From contig CABUVO010000018.1 of NCBI GenBank assembly GCA_902495075.1, positions 13,228 through 77,227 on the forward strand: a DNA stretch of 64,000 bases, given 5' to 3'. Positions 1 through 8,934 of this stretch are shown piece by piece. The DNA is from an uncultured Porphyromonadaceae bacterium. Lineage in GTDB: Bacteria > Bacteroidota > Bacteroidia > Bacteroidales > Muribaculaceae. The first letter of the stretch is position 1, and each line of letters begins with the position of its first letter. The notes beneath the pieces are model-generated. The model made no database searches and was not told the DNA's origin. It saw only the letters and a program-made list of their open reading frames with translations. The position numbers were made by a program, and so were the translations under genes.

Positions 1-1209
1 CCCGAAGGTAAGTATATAGAAGGCAATATCGGAACAGCCGGTCCCTGCTTCCAAGGAGCTATCGTCGTAACCTCATCAGTAATGGCACAAAACAACCGCT
101 ATGCCGCCACGGTGAAACTTCCTGACAATTTCTGGTATGACGACACGGACATTGATCCTGTAATCGGCATTGAAATAGAGGGTACAGAAGGACAACGAAT
201 CGATCTCGCTTCAGATGTGGATGACGTAAATTTAGTAAATGAAAACAATAACGAATTCGAAATCGGCACACCCGACATGTCGATCAACAACATGGCATGT
301 GCACATAATGTTTTTGCCGTAGGAGCTAATGTGAACCGCAATATCTACGGGACACTCCACAAAAGCGCCTATAAACTTTCCGGCACCGTAGGTTCTATTG
401 AGCATACAGCCACATGGATAGCCATCATATCCGGATACGGAAAACTTGTGGACGGACGTTCATTGCCAACTATAACCGCACCGGGATATTATGTTGTATC
501 GGCAAGAAGCAGATATAATAACAACAAGAATTTCACAGACGATGAACCGAATGTAAAGGTAGACGGAGCTGAGCCTAAATCCAAATATAATAACAATTCA
601 GCTTTTGCCGACTTCGGCGGAGAACGCTACTGGTGGTTCAATACCCAAGGAACCTCTCAAGCTACGCCTGCATTCGCCGGAATATGCGCACTCTGGCTGG
701 AAGCCAATCCGAACCTTAAATACCGCGATATCTACGAGGTGATCCAGAATACCGCAGCCAAACCTAAGATGAAAGGTGAAGGGCTTCCGTATGGTTCTAA
801 GAAAGGTGGTCCTTGGGATGAGACAACAGGGGCATTTGACAAAAACAAAAAAGCAATCGGAGAAGAATATTACGAACAGACCAAGTATCGTTATGGCTTC
901 GGCAATGTAGATGCATTCGAGGGGTTGAAATACATCCTTTCGCATCCCGAGCTCGGACAGGGAAGCGGAGTAAATGAGATCTCCGTTAACAAGGATCAAT
1001 TCGTTATAAGCCGTCAGGGAGATATACTCGAAATTATCTCAAACGCTGGAGAATTCAATGTCAGCCTTGTCTCCATGAATGGCCAGACAGTTAAAACAGT
1101 TCACGGCAATTCCGAAGCCACAGTTGATACCGCCGGCTTGGCAAGAGGAGTATATGCAGTTGTGGTATGGAATGACAATTTCCGCAGATCAATCAAGGTC
1201 ATTCTCTGA
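1..1209 (+). CDS. S8 (subtilisin-family) serine peptidase with T9SS-type C-terminal domain, 5'-truncated by the window edge
   Basis: Frame 1 is open from base 1. Catalytic-Ser motif NTQGTSQATPAFAG (subtilase GTSMATP-like), AVGA and PG-x-x-V-x-S motifs, YGFGNVDA; C-terminal SMNGQTV...GLARGVYAV...IKVIL resembles a T9SS CTD. Confidence 0.85.
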   Translation, partial: PEGKYIEGNIGTAGPCFQGAIVVTSSVMAQNNRYAATVKLPDNFWYDDTDIDPVIGIEIEGTEGQRIDLASDVDDVNLVNENNNEFEIGTPDMSINNMACAHNVFAVGANVNRNIYGTLHKSAYKLSGTVGSIEHTATWIAIISGYGKLVDGRSLPTITAPGYYVVSARSRYNNNKNFTDDEPNVKVDGAEPKSKYNNNSAFADFGGERYWWFNTQGTSQATPAFAGICALWLEANPNLKYRDIYEVIQNTAAKPKMKGEGLPYGSKKGGPWDETTGAFDKNKKAIGEEYYEQTKYRYGFGNVDAFEGLKYILSHPELGQGSGVNEISVNKDQFVISRQGDILEIISNAGEFNVSLVSMNGQTVKTVHGNSEATVDTAGLARGVYAVVVWNDNFRRSIKVIL

Positions 1210-1253
1210 TCAAATCGCACTGAAAGCATCAGGTAAGTAAGTATAAATCAATT

Positions 1254-1300
1254 ATGTTGGTGTGCCAGAATACAATATTCCGGCACACCAATATGTTTTT
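1254..1300 (+). terminator. Intrinsic terminator after the S8 peptidase
   Basis: ATGTTGGTGTGCCAGAA / TTCCGGCACACCAATAT stem followed by GTTTTT. Confidence 0.7.
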
Positions 1301-1385
1301 AATAATTTCCATTGCACATAGTGCCAATTCATAACCCTTTTTTCCTTGTTCGTTGAAAGATCTGCGCTATCGACAGAATTTTTCT

Positions 1386-1393
1386 TATATTTG
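1386..1393 (+). promoter_or_regulatory. Bacteroidetes sigma-A -7 element for the LytS/LytTR operon
   Basis: TATATTTG matches TAnnTTTG, 21 nt upstream of ATG 1415. Confidence 0.6.
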
Positions 1394-1414
1394 CATTCAT
1401 AAGAGACAAGCATC

Positions 1415-2494
1415 ATGAATGCAATGAGAAACAGACGGACGGAGAATGTGGTGTATCTTTCCTTGTGGATAACGGCTCTGGGAATTTATACTCTGGATAT
1501 AATGCGGGGACGAGCGGAATTGTCGCTGCCGTTGCTTGACCTGCATCTTGTGATAAGGATGCTGAAGACAATTATCCCTTTCTTTCTACTGTTTTTTATC
1601 AACAATTACCTTCTTATCCCTCGCCTGATTCTCAAAAACAAGATCAAGGCTTATTTCCTCGCTGCCGCAGCTCTTATATTAGCAATGTGGCTATTCCAGT
1701 ATGCTGATTTCCGCCATTTTATCAACTCTATGCCGGAGGATGTCAGACCAAAGCCACATCATCCGCAACCTTTGATGCCGATGCCTCTGCTCTTGGATTT
1801 CACGTATTCGCTGCTTGTGATCGGTGCTAACTTGGCAATCGCGTTGCTTTTTCAAAGATTTGAAGACAAACTGCAACAGGAGAGTCTCACAAAAGCAAAT
1901 GCTGAAAACGAACTTGCTTATCTAAAAGCGCAGATAAATCCCCATTTCTATATGAACATGCTTAACAATATTCACGGCATGATAGAAATAGATCCAGGGA
2001 AAGCACAGGCAATGGTCATCGACATGTCTCAACTTATGCGTTACATGCTCTATGACAGCTCTCAGACACGCATACCCCTGGCAAATGAAATATCCTTCCT
2101 GGAGAATTACCTCCGCATAATGCGCCGCAGATACCCGGAAAACAAAGTCGATATAAAATACTCCTTCCCTGATAACAATGAAGCTGCCGGAATAGAGGTG
2201 CCTCCACTGCTTACGTTGGTGTTCGTAGAGAACGCCTTCAAACACGGAATAAGCTACCGCACGAGGTCGTTTGTGGACGTGACAATGGCCATTGACCGCG
2301 ACAGACTTGTATTCCGATGCGTAAACAGCCTTCATTCAGGCGACAGCAAGCACGAAAACACAGGCATAGGACTGCGTAACATTCGTCAACGCCTCGCTCT
2401 GATATATGGGGAGAAGGCATCTCTTACCATCAATGAGTCTGAGACAGAATATACCGTAAATTTAATCATCCCGATAAACAGTGCCACCCAATGA
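1415..2494 (+). CDS. LytS/YehU-family sensor histidine kinase
   Basis: N-terminal TM helices; ELAYLKAQINPHFYMNMLNNI His_kinase motif; FVENAFKHG and GIGLRN ATPase boxes. Confidence 0.93.
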   Translation: MNAMRNRRTENVVYLSLWITALGIYTLDIMRGRAELSLPLLDLHLVIRMLKTIIPFFLLFFINNYLLIPRLILKNKIKAYFLAAAALILAMWLFQYADFRHFINSMPEDVRPKPHHPQPLMPMPLLLDFTYSLLVIGANLAIALLFQRFEDKLQQESLTKANAENELAYLKAQINPHFYMNMLNNIHGMIEIDPGKAQAMVIDMSQLMRYMLYDSSQTRIPLANEISFLENYLRIMRRRYPENKVDIKYSFPDNNEAAGIEVPPLLTLVFVENAFKHGISYRTRSFVDVTMAIDRDRLVFRCVNSLHSGDSKHENTGIGLRNIRQRLALIYGEKASLTINESETEYTVNLIIPINSATQ

Positions 2495-3222
2495 AACTGA
2501 AAACGCTCATAATAGACGATGAACCGATAGCCCTTGAAAAACTGAGAAGCTATGTAGAGAAAACGCCATTCCTTTCGGTTGCCGCTGCGTGTGAAAACGG
2601 TTTCGAGGCGATGGATTACATCTCATCAAACCCGGTGGATCTGATAATCACCGACATCAACATGCCCGATCTGAACGGAATGGATTTTGTCAAAACATTA
2701 TCAAATCCTCCGATGGTAATTTTCACCACTGCATATGGAGACTATGCCGTTGACAGTTATAAAGTGTCGGCAGTAGACTATCTTCTCAAGCCATATAGTT
2801 TTGTAGATTTCCAGCAGGCGGCAAACAAGGCTCGCGATCTCTTTCTTTCGCGTCTGCCTGACACATCAGCCCATCCCGATTCTCTCTTCATCAAAGTTGA
2901 TTACAGGTATATCCGCGTGAATCTCTCAGATATCAGCTATGTTAAAGGTTATGGAGAATACCTTCAGATATTCCTTACAGACCAGTGCAATCCGCTTGTC
3001 ACATTGAGTTCTTTTGCCGCCATCAAAGAAAAACTGTCGGAATCATTCCTGCAGGTTCATCGTTCGTACATAGTGAACATGGACAATGCCGACATGATTG
3101 AACGCAACCGCATAATCATCGGCAAAGACACCTTCATCCCCGTTGGCGACAGCTACCGCGCCGCTTTCCTCTCCTACCTCGCCAGCCACTCCGTAGGCAC
3201 TCCAAAGAAACCCTGTCCTTAA
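2491..3222 (+). CDS. LytTR-family response regulator
   Basis: IIDDEP...DINMPDLNG receiver domain; FLQVHRSYIVN LytTR motif; ATGA overlap with the kinase. Confidence 0.95.
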   Translation: MKLKTLIIDDEPIALEKLRSYVEKTPFLSVAAACENGFEAMDYISSNPVDLIITDINMPDLNGMDFVKTLSNPPMVIFTTAYGDYAVDSYKVSAVDYLLKPYSFVDFQQAANKARDLFLSRLPDTSAHPDSLFIKVDYRYIRVNLSDISYVKGYGEYLQIFLTDQCNPLVTLSSFAAIKEKLSESFLQVHRSYIVNMDNADMIERNRIIIGKDTFIPVGDSYRAAFLSYLASHSVGTPKKPCP

Positions 3223-3270
3223 TTTTAGGACAGAAAACAACATTTGTGTCCTAAAATTTAGGACACAAAT
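3214..3270. repeat. Palindrome TGTCCTAAAATTTAGGACA, copies 1 (3214-3232, degenerate) and 2 (3242-3270, perfect 14-bp arms)
   Basis: Read directly: TGTCCTtaattttAGGACA and ATTTGTGTCCTAAA-A-TTTAGGACACAAAT. Confidence 0.9.
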
Positions 3271-3323
3271 ATAGGGGCAAATCGTAGCTGCAGTTGCAAG
3301 CAACAGCAGCTACAACCTGAGTC

Positions 3324-3452
3324 GATGGCAATAAGCTCGTAGTATTATTTAGCGGTTTTCAAAAGAAAACACAGAAAACACCTCAAAAAGAGATTATACG
3401 CGCTGTGAGAATAATGAATGAATATTTCAACGATAAAAACGACAACAAATGA
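3324..3452 (+). pseudogene. C-terminal remnant of a RelE/HigB (Gp49-like) toxin
   Basis: Not in the ORF track. Translates DGNKLVVLFSGFQKKTQKTPQKEIIRAVRIMNEYFNDKNDNK*, with the family motif GFQKKTQKTP..EI; its stop overlaps the XRE start (ATGA); N-terminal half and start are missing. Confidence 0.82.
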
Positions 3453-3742
3453 AAAATATAAAGACTCTTGATCAAATCAAAACCAAATATTACGGTGAAA
3501 TCGGCACACCTGAACGTGATCGGTTGGAGAACGAACTTGAAGCGTTACGCATAGGATTTAAGATAAGGAGTGCTCGCGAGCAACTTAATCTGACACAAGA
3601 ACAGCTCGCAGAACGCATAGACAAGAAACGTACCTATATATCCAAAATAGAAAATGACGGGGAGAACATAACTCTTCGCACTCTCTTTGACATTGTGGAA
3701 AGAGGTTTAGGTGGAAAATTACAAATCAGTTTCGAGCTATAA
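3449..3742 (+). CDS. XRE/HTH_3 antitoxin (HigA-like)
   Basis: LTQEQLAERIDKKRTYISKIEN HTH; N-terminal YGEIGTPER motif shared with the HTH at 16073-16396. Confidence 0.9.
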   Translation: MKNIKTLDQIKTKYYGEIGTPERDRLENELEALRIGFKIRSAREQLNLTQEQLAERIDKKRTYISKIENDGENITLRTLFDIVERGLGGKLQISFEL

Positions 3743-3752
3743 CCATTAGCGT
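3722..3752 (+). repeat. Left 31-bp direct repeat (3' end of the XRE gene)
   Basis: CAAATCAGTTTCGAGCTATAACCATTAGCGT; 27/31 identical to 10988-11018. Confidence 0.85.
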
Positions 3753-3801
3753 ATGGTACTTTATCCATATAGTTATCAAAAATTTGTGTAAAAAAATTTG
3801 A

Positions 3802-3828
3802 ATATTGTCCTAAAATTTAGGACAATAT
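3802..3828. repeat. Third copy of the TGTCCTAAAATTTAGGACA palindrome (13-bp arms)
   Basis: ATATTGTCCTAAA-A-TTTAGGACAATAT read directly. Confidence 0.9.
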
Positions 3829-3923
3829 GGATAAATTATATCTCAAAACTCAGATCGCAATGCGTCAGTCGGAGTTTCCAACTGGCGATTAAGCCATAGA
3901 GTTTAATTCGGGGAAAGCCAGAC

Positions 3924-3961
3924 TCACAATTTTGTGATTTAAAATATTTTCCATATATTTG
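3924..3961 (+). promoter_or_regulatory. Consensus Bacteroidetes promoter for the caspase operon, with a palindrome over the -33 box
   Basis: TTTG (3931-3934), 19-nt spacer, TATATTTG (3954-3961); TCACAA-TT-TTGTGA at 3924-3937. Confidence 0.75.
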
Positions 3962-4082
3962 CGAAAAATATTTGGTTTTGTATGAGAATTGCCACAACAT
4001 CATTAAATGCATATCGCAATCCCCTCGATGCAGCCATCGTGAATTTTCACACTGACAGCAAAACACCCTCCAAATTATCGAT

Positions 4083-5009
4083 TTGTCGAAATTCGGGGGG
4101 GGTAGTTTCTATTTGTCACGTATAAGCCTTTATTGGCAACACATTGTTCTAATAATATTTTTTACTTGCCGATTATTTGCCGTTGCATCTGATATTCGTA
4201 CCATCTGTGGTTCTTACACTTTTTATGGTGATCCACACCATTCACCGCTTGAATGCCGTAATCAGGCACTTCAAGGTGCCCGCTACAATGCCCTTAGTAG
4301 GGCATTTGGCACCATAAGCACACAATCTGTAATCCAACATGACACCAATGACACAGGAAAGGAGTCTTCATATTTCGACGCACTGAGCATAACAGATGTA
4401 AAAGGAGAATGGATTGCAGACATTGATGAACCTGTATATGAAAATATTCCAACTTCAGATGGTTGTATTGCCGTGCGATGCAAAGTCAAAGGTAAAGCTC
4501 GCCCTATCAGCAACGATGCTGTTGATTTTTTTGTAGAAACTCTACGAAATGGTACAGATCCACGTTGCGTGGCTACAGAATTCATCAGCGGTGATGATCT
4601 CTACATGCGCATCAAGACACCTGTCAGCGGCTATGCCGCAATCTATCTCGCAGATGCCGATCACAATGTTTTCCGGATACTTCCTTATCAACAGGCTTCA
4701 GAAGGAAGCACTCCATTGAAACAAGGTGTGGATTATATCCTTTTCGATCCGAATACCGAAAATACCTTCCAGATACCGGCTGATGAACTCACCATTACTG
4801 CCAGCCGTCCTGAAGAGCGAAATCATATTTATGTAATATTCTCCCCCAATAGATTCGACAAGGCAATAGACAACGCAAAGGAAAACATGTTGCCTCGTTG
4901 TCTCTCGTATGCAGAGTTCTCACGATGGCTGCTACGAGTGCGCCGTAATGACCGACGTATGGGCGTGAAGAATATCAGCATAAAGATACAAGATAAAAAC
5001 TTACGATAG
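4083..5009 (+). CDS. DUF4384-like exported protein (true start uncertain; possibly ATG 3982 via G-tract frameshift)
   Basis: Hydrophobic signal-like segment; C-terminal FISGDDLYMRIKTPVSGYAAIYL...VFRILPY resembles DUF4384; no in-frame ATG in the N-terminal half. Confidence 0.7.
   Translation: MSKFGGGSFYLSRISLYWQHIVLIIFFTCRLFAVASDIRTICGSYTFYGDPHHSPLECRNQALQGARYNALSRAFGTISTQSVIQHDTNDTGKESSYFDALSITDVKGEWIADIDEPVYENIPTSDGCIAVRCKVKGKARPISNDAVDFFVETLRNGTDPRCVATEFISGDDLYMRIKTPVSGYAAIYLADADHNVFRILPYQQASEGSTPLKQGVDYILFDPNTENTFQIPADELTITASRPEERNHIYVIFSPNRFDKAIDNAKENMLPRCLSYAEFSRWLLRVRRNDRRMGVKNISIKIQDKNLR
4095..4102 (+). repeat. G8 homopolymer, candidate slipped-strand phase-variation switch
   Basis: Frame from ATG 3982 is open through the tract and stops at 4123-4125; one extra G fuses it to the 4083-5009 frame. 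Confidence 0.6.
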
Positions 5010-5039
5010 AAGATTAATAACACTAAAACATTTATACTC

Positions 5040-5681
5040 ATGAACAAAGCTATCACATTCGTACTGATGTTCTTCATCATGGCTGCCTCCACGGCATTCG
5101 CTGCAGAGAGCAACAAAGAACTGGAAAAAGCTCTTAGAAAAGAACGCACTCAAAAAATCAAAGAGTTGAAAAAAGGGAAATGGGAATTATTGGGATCCGC
5201 ACGTACTCTTGACGTGGCTCTTCTAAAACATTACGATAAGCTCAACTCTCTTGGAGATGACGCATACGAGATCGTTGGTCTGGCAACAAACTTCAAATCA
5301 AAGAATGTAGGCAAACAGATGGCTGCCAATAATGCTTGCATGACTTATGCTCAATTAGCTGGAAGTTCAGTAAAAGGACGCATAGCAAGCGATATGGCTG
5401 CAAATGGAACGGACAGCACCGGTGAATTCGATCATTTCTATGCCGCTTACGAACGGGCTGTTCAAAAAGAGATCCGCAATGAGATGACCGAGAGCCTTGC
5501 TCTAATCCGTCAGCTCGCGGATGGAAACTATGAAATACAGGTTTTCTATATCGTCAACGAAGATGCAGCATCAAAATCTCGCCAGCGTGCCCTTGAAAAT
5601 GCAGCTAAAGAAACCGCTCTTGCCCAATCACATGCAGAAAAGATAGCTGCATTTGTAAGAGACGCACCAGAGCGGGAATAA
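5040..5681 (+). CDS. Exported helical hypothetical protein (LPP20-like, tentative)
   Basis: Sec signal MNKAITFVLMFFIMAASTAFA; charged helical body; tight operon spacing. Confidence 0.7.
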   Translation: MNKAITFVLMFFIMAASTAFAAESNKELEKALRKERTQKIKELKKGKWELLGSARTLDVALLKHYDKLNSLGDDAYEIVGLATNFKSKNVGKQMAANNACMTYAQLAGSSVKGRIASDMAANGTDSTGEFDHFYAAYERAVQKEIRNEMTESLALIRQLADGNYEIQVFYIVNEDAASKSRQRALENAAKETALAQSHAEKIAAFVRDAPERE

Positions 5682-5696
5682 ATCCCATATCTTCAC

Positions 5697-7142
5697 ATGA
5701 ACAAAGCTTATGTATTGCTTCTCACTGTCATCATATCGACTGCAATATGCAGTCATGGGCAGATTGAAGCAGGTAGTTTTCAGGAATTTCGAAAAGCGAT
5801 GCTCAATGATTTCGGATCATATCGAAAATCTGTTCTTGACAACTATGCATCGTTTCTGGAAGGGATATGGCGGGATTATGAGTGTTTCCGCGGTGAACAG
5901 CGAGATACATTTCCCAAACCAACATGTCCGCTGGTAACCGCTACACCCGACAAAAGACCTCCTGTTACAGTCCCATCGGAAACTATTGCACCTTCAGAGG
6001 TTGTGAGAGAACCACAAAACATACCACCCCGTACTCTGGAGAAATATTTCGAATTTTCGTTTTATGGAATACAGACAAGAGTGCCAAATGTGGAGATACC
6101 GGTTTTGCCAGGCATACATGATACCAAGGACTTCGCTGAATGTTGGCGCAAACTTGCATCAAAAGACGCAACTATGTGTGCCGTCAAAGAACTTCGCGCC
6201 ACTGCGGATACCCTTGGTCTCAATGACTATCTGACATTTGAATTTGTGCAGTCATGGGCTGAAGCAGTATATAAGGATGCTCCCCGGACATGTAAGGCAT
6301 CGCTAACGCATTATATCCTAAACAATATGGGCTATGATGTACGCTTGGCTCTCACGTCAGACTATGATCCGATTCTGCTTATCCCTTGTAAACAACAAGT
6401 TTATGGGAAAGCATTTTTGAAAATCGGCAGTCAGCGTTACTATGTCTTTGGCACCAATACTGATCTCGGTAACACTGTTATAAGCACATGTGACATTCCC
6501 ACGAGGCAAAATACCGGACGCGTTATGGATTTAAGGATTAAACCACTTAATCTTCCATATCGTCCATACCACTACAACATCTCACATGGTTCTATCAAGA
6601 TTGAAGGAGATGTAAACGCTAATATTTTCCCGATACTGTATCATTACCCGCAAATGCCAATAGCGGATTATGCAGTCTCGGAAATAGATCCGGCAGTACG
6701 CAAATCTATAGTACAGCAAATCCGCAATCAATTGTTTCAACAACACCCTCGCGAGAAAGCTAACTGTCTGTTGCAATTTGTGCAGAATGGCTTTACATAT
6801 GCCACAGATCAGACAGCGCATGGCTTCGAAAAACCTTATTTTTTTGAAGAAATGCTATATTATGCCGCCTGCGATTGTGAAGACAGGGCATTGTTTTATA
6901 GCTATCTGTTGAATAAAGCGTTTGATCTTGATTGTCATATCATACATTATCCAGGACATGAAAGTGTGGCGGTTCGGCTCGAGGATGGAATAGAAGGAGA
7001 CCATTATATTCACGACGGCGCATACTTTTACGTATCCGATCCAACCTATATCGGTGCAACCACAGGAATGTGCATGCCTGATTTCAAGCATGTTACACCG
7101 GAAATCGATTATAAATACACAAAATTAAGTAACAAAAATTAA
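5697..7142 (+). CDS. Exported transglutaminase-like cysteine enzyme
   Basis: Signal peptide; putative triad ACDCEDRA (Cys), YPGHESVAV (His), YVSDPTY (Asp) in transglutaminase-fold order. Confidence 0.75.
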   Translation: MNKAYVLLLTVIISTAICSHGQIEAGSFQEFRKAMLNDFGSYRKSVLDNYASFLEGIWRDYECFRGEQRDTFPKPTCPLVTATPDKRPPVTVPSETIAPSEVVREPQNIPPRTLEKYFEFSFYGIQTRVPNVEIPVLPGIHDTKDFAECWRKLASKDATMCAVKELRATADTLGLNDYLTFEFVQSWAEAVYKDAPRTCKASLTHYILNNMGYDVRLALTSDYDPILLIPCKQQVYGKAFLKIGSQRYYVFGTNTDLGNTVISTCDIPTRQNTGRVMDLRIKPLNLPYRPYHYNISHGSIKIEGDVNANIFPILYHYPQMPIADYAVSEIDPAVRKSIVQQIRNQLFQQHPREKANCLLQFVQNGFTYATDQTAHGFEKPYFFEEMLYYAACDCEDRALFYSYLLNKAFDLDCHIIHYPGHESVAVRLEDGIEGDHYIHDGAYFYVSDPTYIGATTGMCMPDFKHVTPEIDYKYTKLSNKN

Positions 7143-7156
7143 ACCTTAAGATTTAT

Positions 7157-8899
7157 ATGTCAGTTAGAAAATTATTTTTTATCGCAGCGTTTTTAATTTC
7201 ATCATTAGGGATGTCCGCATTGGAAATAACACGCTATGTAAGTGCCACCGGCACGGGTGATGGCATGACGGCTGAAACACCCACTTCCGACTTAGCAGGT
7301 ATGCTAGCACTTGGAGAAAAAGTTGATAATCTGAAACTCTATGTCAGCCCAGGCTTTTATACCATCCATAGTCGCGATTTCATCTGCCATAATATAATGC
7401 TCGACGGTTCTTGGAAAGACGAGGGGACGTCAGATATGGTACGCATTAATTGTCCTGGGATTTCATTTACAAACAGCTATCTTTACAAAGTAAGCTTTTC
7501 AGGTAATGTAGGGATTGACTCTGGCAGGTTGACACTCTGTGACGCAGACGGCACTATCAGCATGAACCTCAATAATGGAGATTGCGCTCTTAGTTATTGT
7601 AAAGCAAAAGGTTTCGGTGCTCACAATTGGGCACATCGTTCTGGCTCGGGTGTAGAACTATCAAATTGCACCACAACCGGAGGCAACTGTTATGGTCTTG
7701 AAGTCAAAAATATTGGTAAATTATATGTATACAGTAGCACCTTTAACAACCAGAAGGCTGGAGGCGTTAACATTGACGGATGTAAATACGCTATGTTTTC
7801 TAAATGTGAATTCAGTTTCAATGCAGGGGATGGAGCACTTAGACTTATAGAATTTGATAACTCAGGCAAAGTTGAATTTTCAAACTGTGAGTTCCTTTAT
7901 AATGAGGTCACACATGCTCATCAACATAATGTAAATATTCATAGCAACGCTTCTTTTTATAATTGTCTGTTTATAGGTAATACCGAGAAAGACTATGATA
8001 GCCGGGGATTTATCAATCTTGCACGACCGGATTTCTTATTCAGAAACTGCACTTTCATCGACAACCATGGTGCCATCGAATTACAAAGTTACTATCCCTC
8101 TAATTATCAGATAATCAACTGCGCTTTCTGGAATAATGGTAAGAATAATGTTTATGCCGGAGGTCAGGAAGATGTGCCGTTGCTTAACTGCGCAATGGAT
8201 TATGGAACAGGTGTGCCTGAACTTGATGCCCAAAAGGGTATAATCCTGTTAACAAAAGAAAACAAAGGTTTCAATTATACAGGATCGGAGGTAAAAATAG
8301 AACCGGAATCCTCACTTATCAATAGGGGATACCCTGCCAGTATTGGCATTACGGATATGTATTCCCATACAAGCAATGCCTTTGGCGGAACAGACATAGG
8401 ATGCACCGAATTTATATCAGCACCCGGTCTGTGGCAGCCGGATTCACTTTCGGTCACCACAGAATACGGAGATTATACTCTTTGCAAAGCAGAATTCGGA
8501 TGCGGTTCTTACTATGCTCTACTTCCCGATAATAAGGTTAGTAAAGGGAATCTTGAAATCTCTTGCTACGATACAAATTTTATTTACCTCGACAAAATGC
8601 CGGTAACGCCTAAAGTTCACAATAACAAATTCATTGAGATTCATCTTGATAATGTTGTAAAGGGGGGATATACTGCTTGTATAATGAACTATTATCCCCA
8701 GGCGGGATGGCGATTCGACAAGACATATGACTATGCGACATTTAAAGACCGTCCCATTGTCAAGATTGATGGTGATAACATTCAATTTATAAAACCACAA
8801 CCAAAAAATGCCGGCACAACAACACGAAAGAACATACCTGCAAAAAAGGGCACAACTACAAAAAAGTCCGGCACCCGAACAACTACACGACGCAAATAA
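7157..8899 (+). CDS. Exported right-handed beta-helix repeat protein with a basic C-terminal tail
   Basis: Signal peptide; RYVSATGTGDG start; repeated F-x-NC-x-F-x-x-N turns; SSLINRG...DIGCTE motif; K/T/R-rich tail. Confidence 0.75.
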   Translation: MSVRKLFFIAAFLISSLGMSALEITRYVSATGTGDGMTAETPTSDLAGMLALGEKVDNLKLYVSPGFYTIHSRDFICHNIMLDGSWKDEGTSDMVRINCPGISFTNSYLYKVSFSGNVGIDSGRLTLCDADGTISMNLNNGDCALSYCKAKGFGAHNWAHRSGSGVELSNCTTTGGNCYGLEVKNIGKLYVYSSTFNNQKAGGVNIDGCKYAMFSKCEFSFNAGDGALRLIEFDNSGKVEFSNCEFLYNEVTHAHQHNVNIHSNASFYNCLFIGNTEKDYDSRGFINLARPDFLFRNCTFIDNHGAIELQSYYPSNYQIINCAFWNNGKNNVYAGGQEDVPLLNCAMDYGTGVPELDAQKGIILLTKENKGFNYTGSEVKIEPESSLINRGYPASIGITDMYSHTSNAFGGTDIGCTEFISAPGLWQPDSLSVTTEYGDYTLCKAEFGCGSYYALLPDNKVSKGNLEISCYDTNFIYLDKMPVTPKVHNNKFIEIHLDNVVKGGYTACIMNYYPQAGWRFDKTYDYATFKDRPIVKIDGDNIQFIKPQPKNAGTTTRKNIPAKKGTTTKKSGTRTTTRRK

Positions 8900-8934
8900 T
8901 ATTTCGCTAACATATTTCCAATTTATATATAAAT

